From: Candidatus Melainabacteria bacterium 17Bon1m
GTDB lineage: Bacteria > Cyanobacteriota > Vampirovibrionia > Obscuribacterales > Obscuribacteraceae
Assembly: GCA_032128875.1 (NCBI GenBank)
Contig: JAVLKG010000004.1
Coordinates: 640,001 to 704,000, forward strand
Length of the DNA stretch: 64,000 nt
Direction: 5' to 3'
Positions 58,713 through 64,000 of the stretch are shown in pieces. The notes beneath the pieces are model-generated. The model was not told where the DNA came from and made no database searches. It worked only from the letters and a program-made list of their open reading frames with translations. How positions within the stretch are numbered: the stretch's first letter is position 1; the number at the start of each line of letters is the position of its first letter. The position numbers were made by a program, and so were the translations under genes.

Positions 58713-60716
58713 CTATCGAGCAATCGATTCATTTGCCTCCTTCGATGAGCTGACGGCGTTCAGAAGGTATTTTTGTACGAACATTACCGTTGAGTAAAAC
58801 TGATAGTCGCTGTTCTTTTTCTTTGCAAATCCATGCCCTTCATCTTTAGCAGATAAATACCAAACAGGCACGCCACTCTTTTTAGTGGCATCTACAATTT
58901 GCCGGGCCTCGCTTGCCGGCACACGTGGATCGTTTTCTCCCTGGACCACGAATAGGGGCTTGCTGATTTTGTCCACCTTTTTGAGCGGTGCAATACTTTC
59001 TAGAAATTCGCGCATTTTTGCATCGCGCTCATCTCCGTATTCCACTCTTCTGAGATCGCGGCGATATTCTTGAGTGTGCTCTAAAAAAGTTACCAGGTTA
59101 GACATACCGACAACATCAACCGCGCAAGTTATACGCTCTGGATAAAACGTTGATATCGCCAACGTCATATGACCACCGTAGCTTCCGCCAGTGACCATAA
59201 GACGCTTAGAATCAAGGTCTTTGCGATTAGAAATCCAGTCAAAAAGCGCATCGATGTCTTTATATGAGTCGACACGATTAAAGCCGTTGTCCAGCTTCAA
59301 GAACGTTTTGCCATAGCCAGCCGAACCGCGGACGTTGGGGAAAATTAGAGCTACACCTAACTCGCTCAAGTAATAATTTAGACGACCTAGATATCCTGGG
59401 CGGGACTGACCTTCGGGTCCACCATGTATAACGACAATGACAGGACGCGGTCCAGTGAATTTGGCATCCGGCTTGTAATAAAAACCCGAAATGTCCTTGC
59501 CGTCGAAGCTTTTCCATTTGATCAGTTCAGGCTCTGAAAATTTCTCTGCTGCCACTAGGCCGGTTTCGCATTCCGTCCAACGTTCGACCTTATTTGATTT
59601 CACATCCAAAGAGAAGATGTCGTTTGGCATACGGGCGCTCTGAACTTGGAATGCCAGATCGCGACCATTTCTATGCCAGTCCAGACCATGCACTTCACCA
59701 AGCGGTATGTCTTTTGGTGCCCAATATTTTCCACTGGCAGTATCCATCAAATAGAGCTTGCTAAAGCCGTCTTCGTTGACCACAAAGGCGATCATTTTGC
59801 CATCGTAAGACAGGTCAAATTCTTGAACATCCCACTTAATATCGCTCGTCAAAGGTTTCAACTTTTTGGTAGCAAGATCAAGATAACTCAATGTCATAAA
59901 TTCTGAGCCACTGTCTGTGGTGACATACAGTCCCTTTCCATCCGGGGCAAAACGAATGGACTGATAGCTCGTCTGCTCGCCGGGTTTTCTCTCGGTCAAT
60001 GCCGTCATCTTCCCAGTGGCTACATCTGCCAGCCAAAGATAACTTTCATTGATCGAAACTTCTTCGTTCACTGCAACAGTCTTTCCGTCATACGAAACAT
60101 CACTTACCGAAAAGCCTTCGCCCTTCACCTGCGCCAGGAGACGATCTGTTTTTGGATCTCTAGGATCTACGATATAGATATCGTTGTTTTTTCCATCTCT
60201 GCGACTAGAGTTATATACAATCACTCTGCCATCTTTTGAAAAACGACCGCTTGTATTTCTCGACTTTCCATCTGTGATCAAAGCAACGTCACGCGTAGCA
60301 AGATCGTATTTATAGAATTGGAAAAATTCGTCACCACCTTTATCTTTGGTGAAAACGAAATAGTCTCCATCGACCGGCTGGTAGGCGCCACCGGAAACTC
60401 TATCCGGAAAAAACGTGAGCTGAGTGCGCGCGCCCATGGGCGTCTTTACGACATGCACTTGCTGGGTGTCGCCAAATCTCGTGTTGATGAGCATCTCTCT
60501 TTTCTTTGGATGCCAACTCGCAACAAATGCATTTCTGAAATTGGTATAGCGCTCGCATCCGGACACTATATTCAGTGGCACGGGAGGAACCCCCTCGATG
60601 ATCAGGTTGTCCGGACCTGGCAAAAATTCATCCTTAGCCGCAACAGCCGAAAAGCCTCCAATCAAAAGAGAAAGCGCAATTGACAGAACCAGTGATTTTT
60701 TCGCATTGAAGAGCAT
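58713..60716 (-). CDS. S9 family (acylaminoacyl/dipeptidyl) peptidase, exported
   Basis: HGGPE, NVRGSAGYG, GGSYGG, NDPRV, DEGHGF; beta-propeller N-terminus; signal peptide. Confidence 0.95.
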   Translation of the reverse strand: MLFNAKKSLVLSIALSLLIGGFSAVAAKDEFLPGPDNLIIEGVPPVPLNIVSGCERYTNFRNAFVASWHPKKREMLINTRFGDTQQVHVVKTPMGARTQLTFFPDRVSGGAYQPVDGDYFVFTKDKGGDEFFQFYKYDLATRDVALITDGKSRNTSGRFSKDGRVIVYNSSRRDGKNNDIYIVDPRDPKTDRLLAQVKGEGFSVSDVSYDGKTVAVNEEVSINESYLWLADVATGKMTALTERKPGEQTSYQSIRFAPDGKGLYVTTDSGSEFMTLSYLDLATKKLKPLTSDIKWDVQEFDLSYDGKMIAFVVNEDGFSKLYLMDTASGKYWAPKDIPLGEVHGLDWHRNGRDLAFQVQSARMPNDIFSLDVKSNKVERWTECETGLVAAEKFSEPELIKWKSFDGKDISGFYYKPDAKFTGPRPVIVVIHGGPEGQSRPGYLGRLNYYLSELGVALIFPNVRGSAGYGKTFLKLDNGFNRVDSYKDIDALFDWISNRKDLDSKRLMVTGGSYGGHMTLAISTFYPERITCAVDVVGMSNLVTFLEHTQEYRRDLRRVEYGDERDAKMREFLESIAPLKKVDKISKPLFVVQGENDPRVPASEARQIVDATKKSGVPVWYLSAKDEGHGFAKKKNSDYQFYSTVMFVQKYLLNAVSSSKEANESIAR

Positions 60717-60741
60717 TTTTCTTCCTCTTTTGGTGATGAAA

Positions 60742-62103
60742 CTAAGTTTCGATTCGCGTGCCTTTTTTCAAAAGTTTTTCACTGAAGAATGACAGCAGTC
60801 CGGCAAGAATAAGTGAAGCAGCCATTGTATAAAGCCCATAGTGAAAACTGCCGGTAGATTGCTTGATGGCGCCAACAATGTATGGTCCGACAAAGCCGCC
60901 GAGATTTCCCGTGGAATTGACAAAACCAATACCGGCAGCCTTGATTCGAGCAGGCAAAAGAGAAGTACCGAGAGACCAGAAAGGACCTACGGTGCCCCAA
61001 ATACCGAAGGCAGTGATACTGAGTGTGACAAGGGACAACCAAGGATTGTCGATCAAACTCGTAAGAACAAATCCTGCCGCCGCAATAAACGCAGATGTGG
61101 CCACATGCAGCCGCCGCTCACCAGTGCGCTCGGCACTTTTGGCGATGAAGATCATGCCAACGGCCTGAAAAATTGCCGGCAAAACAGTAACTAACGCAGT
61201 TTGACCATCACTCAGTCCACCAAAACCTTTGATGATTTTGGGCAGCCAGAGCTGAAATCCGTACATGCCGAGCGTCAATGAAAAATAGAGAAGTGAAAGT
61301 AAAACCAACGAGCCTGTTGTTTCGCTGTTGAAAAGTTTTACCGAGTCTTTCGATGCGGCAGCCTTTAAGCGATCTTTTTCCACTTCGGCTTTTAGCCAAA
61401 TTTTTTCCTCATCGGTCAACCACTTCGCATTCTCCGGCTTATCGGTCAAGAAAAATAGCGTGATGATGCCCATCAATACAGATGGAAAACCCGTGATTAA
61501 AAACAACCACTTCCAGCCCGGCAATCCCATGATGCCACCCATCTCGAGAATCTTCGATGAAATGAGTCCGCCAAGGACACCAGCCGCCGGTATCGCCGCC
61601 ATGAATTTTGCGACCGCAACGCCTCTCTGTCTTTCAGGAAACCAATAAGTAAGATAAAGAATCATTCCTGGGAAAAAGCCTGCTTCGGCTGCGCCAAGAA
61701 AGAAGCGAAGCACATAAAAGGAGTGAATAGAATTCGCCAGAGCAAGCGCCATTGTTATCGCACCCCAGACGACCATAATTACGGAAATCCACTTGCGAGC
61801 GCCGAGTTTCTCCATAGCCAGATTGCCCGGAGCTCCGAAAAGAAAATAACCAATGAAGAAAATCGCCAAACCGAATCCAAAAGCTTCATCGGTCATTTTC
61901 AAGTCTGTGTACATCTGCAATCCGGCAAACGACACATTGATTCGATCAAGGTAGGAAAGAATGTAGAGCGAAAACATGTACGGAATGAGGCGATTAGTCA
62001 CCTTCTTCAACGTCTTTTCGCCGGCGGCATCGGCAGGAGAATTCTGCGGAAGCTCGCTTCTGATATCGCTCGTTATGTTATCGGCATTCATTCGTTGCCG
62101 CAA
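60742..62103 (-). CDS. MFS transporter, anion:cation symporter family
   Basis: YLDRINV.FA, RFFLGAAEAGFFPG..LYLTYWFP, GWKWLFL..G.P, NSTGNLGGFVGP. Confidence 0.93.
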   Translation of the reverse strand: MRQRMNADNITSDIRSELPQNSPADAAGEKTLKKVTNRLIPYMFSLYILSYLDRINVSFAGLQMYTDLKMTDEAFGFGLAIFFIGYFLFGAPGNLAMEKLGARKWISVIMVVWGAITMALALANSIHSFYVLRFFLGAAEAGFFPGMILYLTYWFPERQRGVAVAKFMAAIPAAGVLGGLISSKILEMGGIMGLPGWKWLFLITGFPSVLMGIITLFFLTDKPENAKWLTDEEKIWLKAEVEKDRLKAAASKDSVKLFNSETTGSLVLLSLLYFSLTLGMYGFQLWLPKIIKGFGGLSDGQTALVTVLPAIFQAVGMIFIAKSAERTGERRLHVATSAFIAAAGFVLTSLIDNPWLSLVTLSITAFGIWGTVGPFWSLGTSLLPARIKAAGIGFVNSTGNLGGFVGPYIVGAIKQSTGSFHYGLYTMAASLILAGLLSFFSEKLLKKGTRIET

Positions 62104-62117
62104 ACTCTCTTTATGAA

Positions 62118-63515
62118 TTATGGAAATCCAAAAACAGCGCCGCCCGGCACGCCACCCATGCCGTAACCACCCATACCGTAACCGCCCATCGGCATACCAT
62201 ATCCGCCGCCGTACATTCCGCCGGACATCATGCTGGTGCCGACCATAGAGCCAACCTCACCGAGAGCTTTCGCCAAGCCACGAAAGAATGGATGACCGTG
62301 ATTCTTTTGCGTGCTGTTCGATGCTTGAGTCTGCTGATTATAGGCCGGTTGCTGTGCGTATTGACTGCTGTAGCCCTGAGATTGAGTATACGAAGGTTGG
62401 CTCTGCCCGTAGGCTTGCGGCTGCTGTTGCTGCGGGCGATAACTGGCCGAATAGTTTTGCGCCGGAGCTGGTGCGCTATCGTCTTCAAACTCGCGCTGAA
62501 GGTCGGAATTGTAATTGTTGTGTCTTGCGTAAGCAGTCTGTGGAGCCTGCTGTTGCCGATACTGTTGTTGTTGATACTGCTGCTGTTGCTGCGGGTTTTG
62601 GACAAGGGGCGCAATATTCAATTCTTGATCGCCTGCAGCTTGACCTGCTTGCTGTTTGTGCAAGAGCTCAACTGCGCTCATCAGCATATTTACTTGCTCA
62701 GGAATCGATGCGTGAATGTCGGTCGGATCCGTAGGAAACATCGCCTTTTCGAGCGGACGCAATCTTTCAATCATCGGTTTTTGCGGAAAAGCTTGACCTT
62801 CAATCTGCGTCTCCAACCAGGCAACTTTCTGTTCGATACTTCCGTTTCTTGGCTCGGTTTGATAGAACGCCGAATTTTGACTGCCGTTGAATTTCTTGTC
62901 CGCGTACTGAGCAATTCTGTCGACACGGTCAGCAAGATCTTCATTCGAGTGTGTTTTGCCGAACGCTTTGAGTTCTAGCTGGTCCAACCTATGCTTAATC
63001 GGCTCGCCTTTATAAGGTTTTCCAAGAAGCACGGTCTCAAGCTCAGTTACCCGCGGGTAATCAGTGCCGCTTGCGGTGTCGGAATCATCCGCTTGCCCAC
63101 CGGCATTCGAACCGTCATTTGACTGAGCCTGGCTGGTCTGATTGTTTTGCCCACCTTGCCCAGGCGACTGAGACTGTCCGGAATCATCGCTCTTTTGAGC
63201 GGGCACGGCATTAACAAGTTGCTGAAGGCGGCTCTGGTCATCACCGGTGCGCGCTTCGCCAAAGACCATCTTCTCTAGCCTTGTCAATCTATCTTCCGTT
63301 GTGTCCTGAGGATAGGTGTGCTCAAAAAAGCGAGTTTCGAGCGCATTTAAATCAGGCGAACCACCTGCCATGGAGGCAGGTGCGAATGCGAGAAAGGCAA
63401 AGGTAACTACAGCAAGCATCATCCAGACGAAATCGGATGCCCGAAATTCGGCGGCACGGCTATACGGACTCGATTTGCCACCCGCGAGGGCGGCGAGCAA
63501 ACGCGCGGTCTTCAT
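62118..63515 (-). CDS. Exported hypothetical protein with three 'LE...RL..LE..F' repeats and Gln- and Gly/Met/Tyr-rich tails
   Basis: LETRFF..DRLTRLEKMVFG, LETVLL..HRLDQLELKAFG, LETQIE..ERLRPLEKAMF; alternative start at 63422. Confidence 0.8.
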   Translation of the reverse strand: MKTARLLAALAGGKSSPYSRAAEFRASDFVWMMLAVVTFAFLAFAPASMAGGSPDLNALETRFFEHTYPQDTTEDRLTRLEKMVFGEARTGDDQSRLQQLVNAVPAQKSDDSGQSQSPGQGGQNNQTSQAQSNDGSNAGGQADDSDTASGTDYPRVTELETVLLGKPYKGEPIKHRLDQLELKAFGKTHSNEDLADRVDRIAQYADKKFNGSQNSAFYQTEPRNGSIEQKVAWLETQIEGQAFPQKPMIERLRPLEKAMFPTDPTDIHASIPEQVNMLMSAVELLHKQQAGQAAGDQELNIAPLVQNPQQQQQYQQQQYRQQQAPQTAYARHNNYNSDLQREFEDDSAPAPAQNYSASYRPQQQQPQAYGQSQPSYTQSQGYSSQYAQQPAYNQQTQASNSTQKNHGHPFFRGLAKALGEVGSMVGTSMMSGGMYGGGYGMPMGGYGMGGYGMGGVPGGAVFGFP

Positions 63516-63663
63516 CGCACAGATTATAGCCGCACCAAAAAAGCATAATCAAATAAGCATTAGAAGAACTCATAAGGATGGTCAAGCAGTAAAAGTACAT
63601 GAGCACTCGTATAGAATTGAAATCGGGGTCTTTTATCAAAAGCGCTAAGAAAAGCCTGGTGGC

Positions 63664-64000
63664 ATGGATATCGACAATCTAGATTGGGGACCGGATGAGG
63701 TCCAGGTCTTGATCGCGGATGCGGATAAAGCCGTAGCCGCGCAACGCTATGCCGATGCTGAACAGCTTTTAACCAGGGCTATTGGACTACTGGAAACTCC
63801 GCAGGGCTCGCTCGACCCTGACATGGCTAATTGCCTACAAAAATTGAGCGAAGTTTATTGCGCTCTTGATGACTTCGAAAGGGCTGCGCCCGTTTTCGAG
63901 AAGTTACTGCACCTTGGCGAAAAGATGCTGGGCAGACATGACCCTGACATGATCGTCATCTCCTACAGGCTAGCCACTGCCTATGAGCTTCTCGGTCGCT
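63664..64000 (+). CDS. TPR protein, 3'-truncated by the window edge
   Basis: Translated by hand: MDIDNLDWGP...RYADAEQLLTRAI..DPDMANCLQKLSEVY..HDPDMIVISYRLATAY; open to the end of the window. Confidence 0.8.
   Translation, partial: MDIDNLDWGPDEVQVLIADADKAVAAQRYADAEQLLTRAIGLLETPQGSLDPDMANCLQKLSEVYCALDDFERAAPVFEKLLHLGEKMLGRHDPDMIVISYRLATAYELLGR

Overview
Gene-dense bacterial chromosome segment with about 47 CDSs and one tRNA-Leu(UAA). I found no IS, prophage or CRISPR array. The gene content (many TPR proteins, Zn-ribbon Ser/Thr kinases, MshEN-like repeat proteins, a caspase-fold/TPR protein) suggests a non-photosynthetic cyanobacterial relative such as Vampirovibrionia/Obscuribacterales; this is inference only. 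Recognisable genes include pepN-type M1 aminopeptidase, ppc, lhr, an S9 peptidase, an MFS transporter, rhodanese, an FAH-family hydrolase and an Eis-like acetyltransferase. The top finding is a tandem pair of exported TPR proteins (10625-11712, minus strand). Both end GGC-TGA-NNN-TAG and are followed by the same GCA-GGT-TGC hairpin, which resembles the E. coli fdhF SECIS. They are candidate selenoproteins with a penultimate Sec on a Gly-rich arm. Other highlights: a Dnmt2-type (CFTxGY) cytosine methyltransferase; a probable XerCD dif site at 608-635; a 1823-aa PilB-like protein with no ATPase domain; several MshEN-like proteins plus a degenerate GGDEF protein; and several apparent pseudo-enzymes (caspase, kinase, PRTase). 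All calls are by eye, with no database searches.
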